This document shows positions 1-9,050 of a stretch of 64,000 bases of DNA, piece after piece (positions within the stretch are counted from its first letter, which is position 1; each line of letters opens with the position of its first letter). Location of the stretch: the NCBI GenBank assembly GCA_030603665.1, contig JAUVXJ010000001.1, positions 214,480-278,479 on the forward strand, in the 5' to 3' direction. This stretch comes from Chloroflexota bacterium (lineage in GTDB: Bacteria > Chloroflexota > Anaerolineae > UBA7937 > B3-Chlor). The position numbers were made by a program, and so were the translations under genes. A model generated the notes under the pieces. That model was not told where the DNA came from, ran no database searches, and saw only the letters and a list, made by a program, of their open reading frames with translations.

Positions 1-723
1 GACGTAGTCTAGGCTCCCCGATAGCGTATCGCCTTCGGCCACCAGCTCGTTCGCCCGAGCGATCTTTTGCAGCTCGTTGGGCTTGGTGGCTGCCGCTTCC
101 GCCTGCAGGATGGCCTCATTGGCTGTTGACTTGGCGGTAAGGGCCAAGAAACTCTTGCTGTCCGTCAAGTCCAGGCTCGGATCGGCTGCCTCAGCCGCCT
201 CCAGATACTGCAGGGCCTGCTTGATCTTCTCCAGCGCGGCATTCAGGTTGCCCTTTTCGAGCAGGTCGAGCGCACCGTTCTCGGCAGGGCCGCCATTGTT
301 GCCGTGAAGCTTGTCGAGCGCGGCGGCGATATTCGGATCGTCCTCGGCGAGGGGGATCAAGTTTTCGATCGCCTCCCGTGTTGCCCCCTCGGCGTCCAGT
401 ACCCTTATTCCCTTGGTCGGCGTACCTACACCTTCGTCATCATCGGTGACCGTTAATGTGATCGTGTAATCACCGGGGTCGGCATAGGTGTGGGTGGCAG
501 CGATGGTCCCCATCACTGAGCCGAGGTCATCCTCCATGCCGTCGCCCCAGTTGATGACGGCAGTGTGTGTGTCAAGCGTGCCAACGTCGGTGAAGCTCCC
601 CGCTGCATCAAGTTCGGTCAAGATCAGCGCGGAGCGAACGCCGTACTCGATCTGTGTGCCCAACTCATCGATGACCCCGTCGATGCTGGCCACGGGGTCG
701 ACGTTGTTGACGGTCACGTCCAC
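1..723 (-). CDS. PKD-domain protein, partial (runs off the left edge; 5' end and start codon uncertain)
   Basis: The minus-strand frame is open from about 750 to position 1. Its translation contains a canonical PKD signature (VNNVDPVASIDG...AVINWGDG...THTYADPGDYTITLTVTDDDEG), followed by an Ala/Leu/Glu-rich helical region. There is no ATG; candidate GTG starts lie at 723 or 717. The ORF abuts the TAG stop of the upstream PEP-CTERM gene in the same frame. Confidence 0.4.
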   Translation of the reverse strand, partial: MDVTVNNVDPVASIDGVIDELGTQIEYGVRSALILTELDAAGSFTDVGTLDTHTAVINWGDGMEDDLGSVMGTIAATHTYADPGDYTITLTVTDDDEGVGTPTKGIRVLDAEGATREAIENLIPLAEDDPNIAAALDKLHGNNGGPAENGALDLLEKGNLNAALEKIKQALQYLEAAEAADPSLDLTDSKSFLALTAKSTANEAILQAEAAATKPNELQKIARANELVAEGDTLSGSLDYV

Positions 724-783
724 AAACAGAAGGGCCGCCCCGCAAGGGGACGGCCCCAGAATACCTGGGCTCCGAAGAGTGAC

Positions 784-3126
784 CTACTCCCTCGTCCTCC
801 AACGAAGGGTGGCGTACCCTGCTAATCCAGCAAGGCCGCTGCCCAGAAGCAGAATGGTGCCGGGCTCGGGGACCAACTCCTCCGGTGCGACGGGCTCCTC
901 CGGTGCGACGGGCTTCTCCGAGGACTGGCAGATCTCGGCCTCCCCGTCATCGACGCAGACTTGGATATTGTAGATGCGATTGTCACCGTAGGTGTAAGGG
1001 ATTGTCACGCCGCCACACCAGGGGTCGCAGTCGCCCTGCCTTTCACTTCGCGTCTGATATTGCTCTGTGCCGTCGCCCCAGTCGACGCTCACGGTAACAC
1101 TTTCGGCGGCAGGGTCGCTCCATTGGACGAGCAGTTGGCCCCTCTGCCCTGCACGTCCCGAGTGCTGCCAATCCCAACCGATCGTGGGCTGGACGTTCAT
1201 CTGCTGGATCGTCGTGGTCACAGTCTGCGAGTAGCCCCAGTATTCCAGAGTCACTTCGCAACTGCAGCTCCCCGGAGGACCAGTGAACACGGCTCGACTA
1301 TCATCGTCCGTTGGCGTCAAGGAGCCCTCGCACTCGCTGCAGTCTAGGCTCCACCAATATGGTTCAGCAGGAGGCAAGATCGAATAGATGATCTGCGCCG
1401 AGGTGGCCCAGTTGTCATGAGCCCCCTCGGGGTAGTATTGGCATCCACCTAGACTATCATTGGCGCCCACCCAGCGCGCCTCGATGACGTTGCCAGTCCC
1501 ATCGCACTGGATATAGTAGCCTCCGTATCTCCAGTTCTGGTAGATTCTGAGTGTCGAAGTCTGGGGCCCGCAGAAAGTGAACGACGACATCTCATTATCG
1601 AAGAAGTCAAGACCGTTGGGGCCTCCCGTGAAGTCGTCGAATTCATCCGTGTATTGGTCCTCCCAGTCCATCATCAGAGCGCTACCCTCGGGGAGCACCT
1701 TGTTCATATTGGCGTTGTCGAACATATGCACCCACGGGTCGATCACGTAGACCTCGCCGTTCAGCTCCAGGCTGGATCCTTCGTCGATGCTGTAGGGCCC
1801 ACCGAGGTGGTCCTCTCGCCACTGCGGCCCGCATGTCTTGGTGTGGGAGACATAGATACTTCTGTATTCGCCCATCTCGATGACCGGGACCTCTTCTCTC
1901 GTAAACGCCTGGTGATCCGCAGTGTAAAGGATGAGCTGTCCCGTAGGGCTCACATAGATGCCGGAGGCGGCGTCCAGATCACCAAAATTTCCACCTGGAA
2001 TGCTGCTCAGATCAAGAGGACCCTCAAGCCTAAGGTCGCTCACCTGGATATGCCTGAGCAGCTCGAACGTGACGGCATCTGCAGACGGGCTTGGCAGGAG
2101 TTTGCTTTCATCGACACTGTACAAAGCTATCCAGTCGTGGCCAACATCTAGCAAATCTGTACTGTTGTCCCCAGCGATGAGATACAGCGCGCCGGAGGTG
2201 TCACGGACAAAATTAAGCGTCTGCCATTTAAGGTCATCGGGCATGAACGGCTGAGTGTAACCAATTATGTCAATATCGAAGTCACCATGGCCCAGGGGGT
2301 AGCCGTTCGAATAGGCGAAGGCCCATACACTGGAGTCGCCCCAAGTGAAGACGAACAGGTATTTATCCTCGTCAATGTTACTCCTGGTGACGCCAACGAC
2401 GCCGAGCCCGTCAAGCATCAGCGACCGATGATACTTGGGCACTGGGTTCATAGGATCCCCGACGTCAATCAGGGCTAATCCGGCTCTACCGTCGCATTGT
2501 GTACGGTCGCATCCCCAACCTCCAGTGGTACACTCCAAAGGCACCGCCAAGAAGTCGTCGATAAGCTGCACGCCGCCGGCGTGCCAATACTTCGGCCAGC
2601 CGCCTGTTCCGTCAAACAACCTGGTGGACTTGACCCCCCTGTCGTCCGAAGGTGGGGCCGTATCCGCGAAATCTTTGTCCGGCTTCAGGCGGTTGGAGCG
2701 GAGCCGCTCGCCGAACGTATCCCTAGATCCCATTCTCACGATCAGTAATTCACCGGGCTGACAGTCCCAACCAAGGCACGAACCTGTCCTGTTCCTGTTC
2801 CTTGTCAGGAACAAGTAAGGCGTGCCGTCGGGGCCTGCACCTCGCGCCATGCCCTGGTAGTGCCTACATGGGATCAAGCCATAGTCGGTCTTACCCACAC
2901 CCACCCGGGCGCCCAGTGGATCGCCGAAGTTCTGAAGATCCTCAAACTGCTTGTATACGTTGGGCGCTTCTCTATAGGGGGTGTTGTAGTTTTGGACGTC
3001 ATCATCCAACGTGGACAGCGGCGCCGTATCGCTCAGCGGCTTGGAAGCCCCCGTTGCGCCGACGAGCGCCAGCAGCAGCCCAACCACAACTATCCCATTC
3101 AACCACACTCTGCGCTTCATTCTCAA
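784..3126 (-). CDS. secreted protein with C-terminal PEP-CTERM sorting signal (exosortase substrate), function unknown
   Basis: 780 aa. The N-terminus is a signal peptide (MRMKRRVWLNGIVVVGLLLALVGATGA). The C-terminus is (PVAPEE)x3 - VPEPGTILLLGSGLAGLAGYATL - RWRTRE, i.e. a PEP motif, then a TM helix, then an Arg-rich tail, which matches PEP-CTERM. Confidence 0.75.
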   Translation of the reverse strand: MRMKRRVWLNGIVVVGLLLALVGATGASKPLSDTAPLSTLDDDVQNYNTPYREAPNVYKQFEDLQNFGDPLGARVGVGKTDYGLIPCRHYQGMARGAGPDGTPYLFLTRNRNRTGSCLGWDCQPGELLIVRMGSRDTFGERLRSNRLKPDKDFADTAPPSDDRGVKSTRLFDGTGGWPKYWHAGGVQLIDDFLAVPLECTTGGWGCDRTQCDGRAGLALIDVGDPMNPVPKYHRSLMLDGLGVVGVTRSNIDEDKYLFVFTWGDSSVWAFAYSNGYPLGHGDFDIDIIGYTQPFMPDDLKWQTLNFVRDTSGALYLIAGDNSTDLLDVGHDWIALYSVDESKLLPSPSADAVTFELLRHIQVSDLRLEGPLDLSSIPGGNFGDLDAASGIYVSPTGQLILYTADHQAFTREEVPVIEMGEYRSIYVSHTKTCGPQWREDHLGGPYSIDEGSSLELNGEVYVIDPWVHMFDNANMNKVLPEGSALMMDWEDQYTDEFDDFTGGPNGLDFFDNEMSSFTFCGPQTSTLRIYQNWRYGGYYIQCDGTGNVIEARWVGANDSLGGCQYYPEGAHDNWATSAQIIYSILPPAEPYWWSLDCSECEGSLTPTDDDSRAVFTGPPGSCSCEVTLEYWGYSQTVTTTIQQMNVQPTIGWDWQHSGRAGQRGQLLVQWSDPAAESVTVSVDWGDGTEQYQTRSERQGDCDPWCGGVTIPYTYGDNRIYNIQVCVDDGEAEICQSSEKPVAPEEPVAPEELVPEPGTILLLGSGLAGLAGYATLRWRTRE
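877..928. repeat. tandem 18-nt repeat (about 2.8 copies of ctcctccggtgcgacggg) encoding the PVAPEE linker repeats of the PEP-CTERM protein
   Basis: Direct inspection shows units at 877-894 and 895-912, with a degenerate third copy. Confidence 0.6.
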
Positions 3127-3804
3127 ATCTCCTTTCTTTCTCCAAGCTTACACCAACGTTGCCAGTTGTATCCGCCTCATTCCCCCATCTCCCTTCCGTC
3201 GCTAACCTCAGATCGACTTTCCCGATACCTGTTCATCCGTGCTGCTCATCACCTTCCGCCCCAAAAAGTGGGGGCTCGCCGGGTTGCGCCCAGCGAGCCC
3301 CTGTGCTAGAATAAGGGTGCACAAAGGGTGCCGAGAGCGCCTTGAGTGCATGGTCTTGGCCGGCCTTAACCCGGCCGAGACCACTTTCTATCTGTACCAC
3401 ACGAAGAAACCGGCCATACCTCCGGCCGGTTTCACTATTGGCTTACTGAGGGCCAAGTGACCACCTTGCGGCCCTCAGATCATCGCCTCCGGGATGTCAC
3501 ACTCGTCTTGGGATCAAAAAAGCGCCAACCGTCCGCTGCTTTAGCGAGAACGATCGGCGCTCCATATATTCCTCCTTCTTGCGGTTCAATTCGGGCGGTT
3601 GAAACGACAACTGTTCGATATAGATGTTAACTATACCGCTATCGGAGAGTCCGTCTTCTGCGCATAATGCCCTTCCTGTCCATTATATACCAAAATTGAA
3701 GACTTGTCAAGTTGGCAACGGCTATTTAGCTCTCACCTGTCCCCCGGGGGTGAGGAGAGGGCCAGCACTCCCATCAGCTTCACATTTCGACTTATGGGTA
3801 ACGC

Positions 3805-4293
3805 ATGGCCCATCGAGCGGGAGAAAACCTGCTGTCCTCGGGCGACCGGGACAGTCTAGAGCAACTGGAGGGGTTGTTGCTCTCTTTGAAGAGCATCGCA
3901 GAGAAGGAGCTCCGGAAAGAGGAACTCACTGAGAGCGAGTACGACCTCATCAACTCCTATGGCGACATCATGGAGACGCTCACCGGGGCTGCCGCTGACA
4001 AACCTCCGCCAGGCGGTTCCGTCGATGAGGAAGAAGCGGCAATGGTCGCGGACGTGGCCACCGACCCCAACAGCGGCAGCGTCTTGGAGGAAGGCGTAGG
4101 GAAGATCTATCAGATCTTTGTGGTCGCGGAGGTGGACGGGCAGCTCAGGCTGACCCAGGGTGGGGTCTTCTCCTACTACGAGTTCGGATGGCCCATGAGC
4201 GACCGCCTCACTGACGAGGCATGGCGCGAGCTGCTGAATAGTGGCCAGGCACCAGCCCGGCCAGAGTGGACCGCTAGCTTCATCTCACAATAG
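3805..4293 (+). CDS. hypothetical protein (162 aa)
   Basis: An ATG ORF bounded by an upstream in-frame stop. It is acidic and Glu/Leu-rich, with no signal peptide and no family I recognise. It may be a remnant. Confidence 0.35.
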   Translation: MAHRAGENLLSSGDRDSLEQLEGLLLSLKSIAEKELRKEELTESEYDLINSYGDIMETLTGAAADKPPPGGSVDEEEAAMVADVATDPNSGSVLEEGVGKIYQIFVVAEVDGQLRLTQGGVFSYYEFGWPMSDRLTDEAWRELLNSGQAPARPEWTASFISQ

Positions 4294-4497
4294 TACAGTG
4301 TGTGCTCCCCTGCCAGGGGAGATACTAGTCCATGGTCAAGTCGCCAGGGTCAGACATAGAACCAGCTCAACGGGTTCTCTGGCGTGGCGTGGGAGGAGGG
4401 CCGCCGTTCTAGAGCGACGGCCCTTTCTGTATTCGTTTGCGCCAGCAACATGCTCCTTGGGAACCACCTCTTCGGTCGCGACGGCACCCGCCAGTGT

Positions 4498-4527
4498 TTG
4501 ACAGGGAGCAACTCCATGGGCTATAAT
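4498..4527 (+). promoter_or_regulatory. near-consensus sigma70-type promoter (TTGACA-N18-TATAAT) upstream of the hdr cluster
   Basis: TTGACA is at 4498-4503, followed by an 18-nt spacer and TATAAT at 4522-4527. It lies about 135 nt upstream of the hdrA' ATG at 4666. A perfect consensus is unusual in 60% GC DNA. Confidence 0.45.
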
Positions 4528-4567
4528 ATCAATTGCAAATCTTACCGCGGTGGTCCGATTTTCTGCC

Positions 4568-4600
4568 AGGTGGATGCGAAATCGAGGCCACCTTTTGCTG
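4568..4600 (+). promoter_or_regulatory. leader hairpin followed by a T-tract (possible attenuator) in the hdrA' 5' UTR
   Basis: aggtgg (4568-4573) pairs with ccacct (4588-4593) across a 14-nt loop and is followed by TTTTGCTG. It sits between the predicted promoter and the start codon. Confidence 0.2.
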
Positions 4601-4665
4601 GTTGGCATGTGGTACGCTGGCCTGGCTTCTGGGCAACCTGTCGATCGGGCTCTGAAGGGGTAAGA

Positions 4666-5988
4666 ATGGGCGCGACACTGGTCATTGGCGCGGGCATCGC
4701 GGGTATGCAGGCCGCCCTGGACATCGCGGATGCGGGGTTCAAAGTCTACCTTGTAGAGAGAGACCCAAGCATCGGAGGGCGGATGGCCCAGCTCGACGAA
4801 ACCTTCCCCACCCTCGATTGTTCCTCGTGCATCCTTACACCAAAGATGGTCAGCGTGGGTGGTCACCCCAATATAGAATTGCTGACCTACTCGGAGGTGG
4901 TACAGCTCGAAGGAGACGTCGGGGACTTCAGGGTGAAGGTGCGGAGGAGGCCCCGGTACATTGACGCTGACAAGTGCACAGCATGCGGCATCTGTGCCGA
5001 GAACTGCCGTCTGAAGGGGAGGATAGACAGCGAATTCAACGTGGGCATGGGCAAGCGCAGCGCCGCGTATGTGCCCTTCCCGCAAGCCGTCCCGCTGAAG
5101 TACACCATCGACAGCGAGCGCTGTCTGATGGTGCAGAGAGGTAAGTGCGGCGAATCCCCGCCTTGCAGAAACGCGTGCCCGGCAGGCGCGGTGGACTTCG
5201 ATCAGCAGGAAGAGATAGTGGACCTCCAGGTGGACTCCGTGATCGTGGCCACCGGGTTTGACCCATTTGACCCTCACTTGAAGCCAGAGTACGGGTACGG
5301 TCTCTACGACAACGTGATCACCGGCCTCCAATTCGAGCGACTGTCGTCTGCCTCAGGCCCGACCTACGGTGAGATCAAGCTTAACGACCGAGAGATCAAC
5401 GACGTCGTCTTCATCCAGTGCGTGGGCAGCAGAGATCGCAATCTGGGGAACGTCTACTGCTCACGTGTGTGCTGTATGTACACTGCAAAACAGGCGCACC
5501 TGGTCCGCGAGAAGCTGCCAGATGCGCGGGTGACGGTCTTCTACATGGATATCAGGGCCTTCGGCAAAGGCTTTGAGGAGTTCTATGATCGGGTGAGGGA
5601 AGAGCGTGTACAGTATCGTCGTGGCAACCCAGCGGAGATCCACCGGCGCGGGGACCGTCTGGTCGTCAGGGCAGAGGACACATTGCTAGGCCAGCCCGTG
5701 GAGGTAGAGGCTGACCTAGTGGTCCTGGCGATTGGTCTCGTGCCGCGGGCAGACACGCAAGCTCTGGCTGAGTTGCTCGGTCTATCGTCATGCGAGGACG
5801 GATTCTTCCAGGAAGCTCATCCTAAGTTTCGACCCACAGAGACCGATGTAAGCGGAGTCTTTCTGGCGGGATGCTGTCAGGGTCCAAAGGACATCCCCGA
5901 CGCAGTGGCCCAGGGCAAGGCCGCGGCTGCGTCCGCCATTGTAATCATGTCACGATCCGGTTCAGCACTCACCCCAGGTGAGGAGTGA
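4666..5988 (+). CDS. hdrA: heterodisulfide reductase subunit A-like flavoprotein, short form (FAD domain plus inserted 2x[4Fe-4S] ferredoxin domain; no N-terminal Cys domain and no C-terminal ferredoxin domain)
   Basis: It contains MGATLVIGAGIAGMQAALDIADAGFKVYLVERDPSIGGRMAQLDETFPTLDCSSCILTPKM and FIQCVGSRDRNLGNVYCSRVCCMYTAKQAHL, plus an inserted CTACGICAENC...CGESPPCRNACP. The ORF caller extends it to 4384, but the Shine-Dalgarno sequence (gaagggg) and the homology begin at ATG 4666. Confidence 0.8.
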   Translation: MGATLVIGAGIAGMQAALDIADAGFKVYLVERDPSIGGRMAQLDETFPTLDCSSCILTPKMVSVGGHPNIELLTYSEVVQLEGDVGDFRVKVRRRPRYIDADKCTACGICAENCRLKGRIDSEFNVGMGKRSAAYVPFPQAVPLKYTIDSERCLMVQRGKCGESPPCRNACPAGAVDFDQQEEIVDLQVDSVIVATGFDPFDPHLKPEYGYGLYDNVITGLQFERLSSASGPTYGEIKLNDREINDVVFIQCVGSRDRNLGNVYCSRVCCMYTAKQAHLVREKLPDARVTVFYMDIRAFGKGFEEFYDRVREERVQYRRGNPAEIHRRGDRLVVRAEDTLLGQPVEVEADLVVLAIGLVPRADTQALAELLGLSSCEDGFFQEAHPKFRPTETDVSGVFLAGCCQGPKDIPDAVAQGKAAAASAIVIMSRSGSALTPGEE

Positions 5989-5994
5989 GGAGAA

Positions 5995-7113
5995 ATGGAA
6001 GCCGAACAGAGTCTCTTGGAACGTTGTGACCTCTGGGCGTGCATCCAGTGCGGCAAGTGCACTGGAGGGTGTCCCATGTCCTTCAAGACAGAGTTGAACA
6101 TCAGAAGACTGATCTACCAGGCGCTGCTCGATGGGGGCGTGAATGCCGATGGGATGGACGAACTGTGGGACTGCACTGCGTGTGGAACTTGCGTCCTCCG
6201 CTGCCCCAAGGAGGTTGGGCCATCAGACCTGATCGTAGCGTTGCGTACCACTTTGGTTGACGGAGGAGTGATTCCCCCTACCATCAGGGACGCTCTCACC
6301 AGTGTCTTCAGGCACGGCAACCCGTCACTCATGCCACCCGACGAGAGGGCTGACTGGGCGGAGGCTCTTGGCGTCAAGGATATCTCTGAAGGCGCGGACG
6401 TACTATACTTCGTTGGCTGCATTCCGTCGTACGATGATCGTGCCCAGAAGGTGGCCAAGTCTCTGGTGAAGGTCCTCCAGAAGGCAGACGTGGACTTTGG
6501 CATCCTTGGGGTGGAGGAAAAGTGCTGCTGCAACGAGGTTCGCCTAGTGGGTGAAGAAGGCCTCTTCGGGTACATGGTGGAAGAGCAGCGGGAACTGTTC
6601 GAGAGCAAGGGTGTCCAACACATCATCACTACCTCTCCACACTGCTTCAATACCTTCAAGAACGAATACGAAGGCTTGAATCTCAAGGTGCAGCACTACA
6701 CAGAGTTCGTCGCTGAACTCATTGAGCAGGGAAAGCTGACCTTCACCGGCGAACTCAACCAGGTGATCACCTATCACGACCCTTGCTTCCTGGGCAAACA
6801 GAATGGCGTCTTCGACGAGCCACGCGATATCATCAAGAGCATCCCGGGCGTCGAGTTCCGCGAGATGGACCGCATTCGTGACCGAAGCCTCTGCTGTGAG
6901 GGCGGCGGCGGGAGAATGTGGTGGGAGGGCACCAATCCGGAAGAGCAGCTCGCGACGGCACGCTTCGAGGAGGTGTTGAGCGTAGGCGCCGATGTCATGG
7001 CAGTCGCCTGCCCATTCTGCCTCCTCACCTTTGAGCTGGCTGCCAAGGCCGGGGGATACGACGAGAAAGTTCAAGTACTGGATATCATGGAGCTGGTGGC
7101 CCGAGCCATCTGA
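5995..7113 (+). CDS. HdrD-like iron-sulfur protein (fusion of an HdrC-type 2x[4Fe-4S] domain and an HdrB-type domain with two CCG motifs)
   Basis: The N-terminal part has CIQCGKCTGGCP and CTACGTCVLRCP. The C-terminal part has the CCG motifs ...VGCIPSY...EKCCCNEVR... and ...YHDPCFLG...SLCCEGGGG. A gaggag Shine-Dalgarno sequence precedes the ATG. Confidence 0.8.
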   Translation: MEAEQSLLERCDLWACIQCGKCTGGCPMSFKTELNIRRLIYQALLDGGVNADGMDELWDCTACGTCVLRCPKEVGPSDLIVALRTTLVDGGVIPPTIRDALTSVFRHGNPSLMPPDERADWAEALGVKDISEGADVLYFVGCIPSYDDRAQKVAKSLVKVLQKADVDFGILGVEEKCCCNEVRLVGEEGLFGYMVEEQRELFESKGVQHIITTSPHCFNTFKNEYEGLNLKVQHYTEFVAELIEQGKLTFTGELNQVITYHDPCFLGKQNGVFDEPRDIIKSIPGVEFREMDRIRDRSLCCEGGGGRMWWEGTNPEEQLATARFEEVLSVGADVMAVACPFCLLTFELAAKAGGYDEKVQVLDIMELVARAI

Positions 7114-7141
7114 TAATTGAGTCTTCTGAGCGGGAAAGAAG

Positions 7142-8857
7142 ATGGCAGCCAAGGTCGGAGTATACATCTGCCACTGCGGCATTAACATAGCGCATACGGT
7201 GGATGTCGAGGCAGTAGCGCAGGCGGCGCAGGACTTGGCGAACGTGACCGTTTCCAGGGACTACATCTACATGTGTTCTGACCCCGGACAGCAACTGATC
7301 CAAGATGACATCAGGGAGCTAGGTCTCAACCGCGTCGTAGTGGCCTCATGCTCTCCGCGCATGCATGAGCTAACCTTCAGAAGGGCGGTTCAGGAGGCCG
7401 GACTCAACCCCTACTTCCTGCAGATCGCCAATATCAGGGAGCAGTGCTCATGGGTGCATGGCGACCGTGAGTCTGCGACCGAGAAGGCCCAAGGCATCGT
7501 GTCCTCTGCGGTTGCCAGAGCGTGTCTTCTCCAACCGTTGGAGGAGAGAGACGTGGAGATCACACCTGCCGCGTTGGTCATCGGAGGGGGCATAGCAGGT
7601 CTTCAGGCCGCTCTGGACATCGCCGATGCTGGCTTCAAAGCCTACGTAGTTGAGAAGCAAGCAACCGTGGGTGGCCACGTCGCTCAGCTGGCGAGAACAT
7701 TCCCAACATTGGACAACGTCCAGACGCTACTGGCTGAGCTGGTGGAGAGGGCACAGGCGCACCCCAACATCGATGTACTGACCAACTCGCGCGTGCTGGA
7801 GGTGGATGGATTCATCGGGAGTTTTCGTGTGCAGGTAGGCTCACAGCCAGCGGATTCTTTGCCAGAGACTACCGCAGAGCTGGCTGTAGGGGCGATCATC
7901 GTCGCTACGGGCTTCGACGTCTTCGACGCCAGCCTGAAGCCGGAGTTCGGATATGGGGCATATGAGAACGTGATCACGGGACTGGAACTAGAGAAGCGCC
8001 TCATGGAATCCGAGGCGAGCAATGGCGCGAGCCCCCTTGGAGACGGAGCCGTCAAGGATGTGGTGTTCATCCAGTGCGTAGGCAGCAGGGATCGTACTCT
8101 GGGAAACGCTTACTGTTCTCGCGTGTGCTGCATGTCCACCGCGAAACAAGCTCACCTAGTCAGACAAGAGCTGCCAGACGCCCGGATCACTGTCTTCTAC
8201 ATGGACGTGCGCGCTTTCGGCAAGGGCTTCGAGCAGTTCTATGACCGGGTACGGGAGGAAAGAGTCCTCTATCGACGGGGGAATCCATCTGAGATCTACA
8301 AGAGAGGAGACAGGCTTGTCGCGAGAGCGGAGGACACCCTGCTGGGAAAGCCTGTGGAGGTTGAGGCTGACCTGGTGGTGCTGGCCACAGGTCTGGTGCC
8401 GCGGAGTGACGCGGACGAGATCGGAAGCTTGCTGAAGCTGTCTCGCTCCGAGGATGGATTCCTCATGGAGTTGCATCCGAAGCTCGGGCCGGTTGACACC
8501 ACAACTGATGGAGTCTTCCTTGCTGGCTGCTGTCAAGGACCCAAAGATATTACGGATACGATCGCGCAGGCGAAGGCGGCGGCATCTTCAGCTTTGATAC
8601 CGCTGTCCGTAGGCAAGGTGAGAGTTGAGTCGATTACCTGCGCTTTGGACCCGTTGTTGTGCTCGGGATGTGGACTGTGTGCTGAGGCGTGTATCTATAG
8701 TGCCCTGGCCCTCGACGAGCGTCGAAACGTGATGGTAGCCAACCAGGTGCTGTGCAAGGGCTGCGGAGCGTGCTCTACCGCCTGCCCGTCTGGCGCTATT
8801 GTACTCAATCACTTCACCCCCGACCAGATCCTGGCCGAGGTGGAGAGTGTAGTTTGA
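7142..8857 (+). CDS. hdrA: heterodisulfide reductase subunit A, long form (N-terminal Cys-rich domain, FAD domain, C-terminal 2x[4Fe-4S]); it lacks the ferredoxin insertion present in the upstream copy
   Basis: The N-terminus is VGVYICHCGINIAH. The FAD fingerprint is VIGGGIAGLQAALDIADAGFKAYVVEK, with FIQCVGSRDRTLGNAYCSRVCCMSTAKQAHL. The C-terminus carries CALDPLLCSGCGLCAEAC and CKGCGACSTACP. Confidence 0.85.
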   Translation: MAAKVGVYICHCGINIAHTVDVEAVAQAAQDLANVTVSRDYIYMCSDPGQQLIQDDIRELGLNRVVVASCSPRMHELTFRRAVQEAGLNPYFLQIANIREQCSWVHGDRESATEKAQGIVSSAVARACLLQPLEERDVEITPAALVIGGGIAGLQAALDIADAGFKAYVVEKQATVGGHVAQLARTFPTLDNVQTLLAELVERAQAHPNIDVLTNSRVLEVDGFIGSFRVQVGSQPADSLPETTAELAVGAIIVATGFDVFDASLKPEFGYGAYENVITGLELEKRLMESEASNGASPLGDGAVKDVVFIQCVGSRDRTLGNAYCSRVCCMSTAKQAHLVRQELPDARITVFYMDVRAFGKGFEQFYDRVREERVLYRRGNPSEIYKRGDRLVARAEDTLLGKPVEVEADLVVLATGLVPRSDADEIGSLLKLSRSEDGFLMELHPKLGPVDTTTDGVFLAGCCQGPKDITDTIAQAKAAASSALIPLSVGKVRVESITCALDPLLCSGCGLCAEACIYSALALDERRNVMVANQVLCKGCGACSTACPSGAIVLNHFTPDQILAEVESVV

Positions 8858-9050
8858 GAAGCACGAGCATCCGTCCCGCGCCAGACGCGCGTGGTGCACT
8901 ACCATGCTCTTTTGCATCTCTGCCCTCGCGGCGTGCGATGTTACGTTCATTGTGCTCTCGGCCCAGACCTTCGAGCATCTGATAGACAAGTGAGACTGCG
9001 GAAGCCTACTGCCTTGGGCAGCAATCAGTTCGCTTCGGAAAGGGCATTTC

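Noticed and set aside
77-973. Plus-strand ORFs at the left edge (77..307, 488..973, 565..825).
   Set aside because: They are antisense to the open minus-strand PKD frame and to the PEP-CTERM gene. Their translations are low-complexity (Ala/Ser/Arg-rich) with no domain signal.
4336-5331. A 331-aa minus-strand ORF.
   Set aside because: It lies entirely antisense to the well-supported hdrA' gene. It is a typical high-GC shadow ORF.
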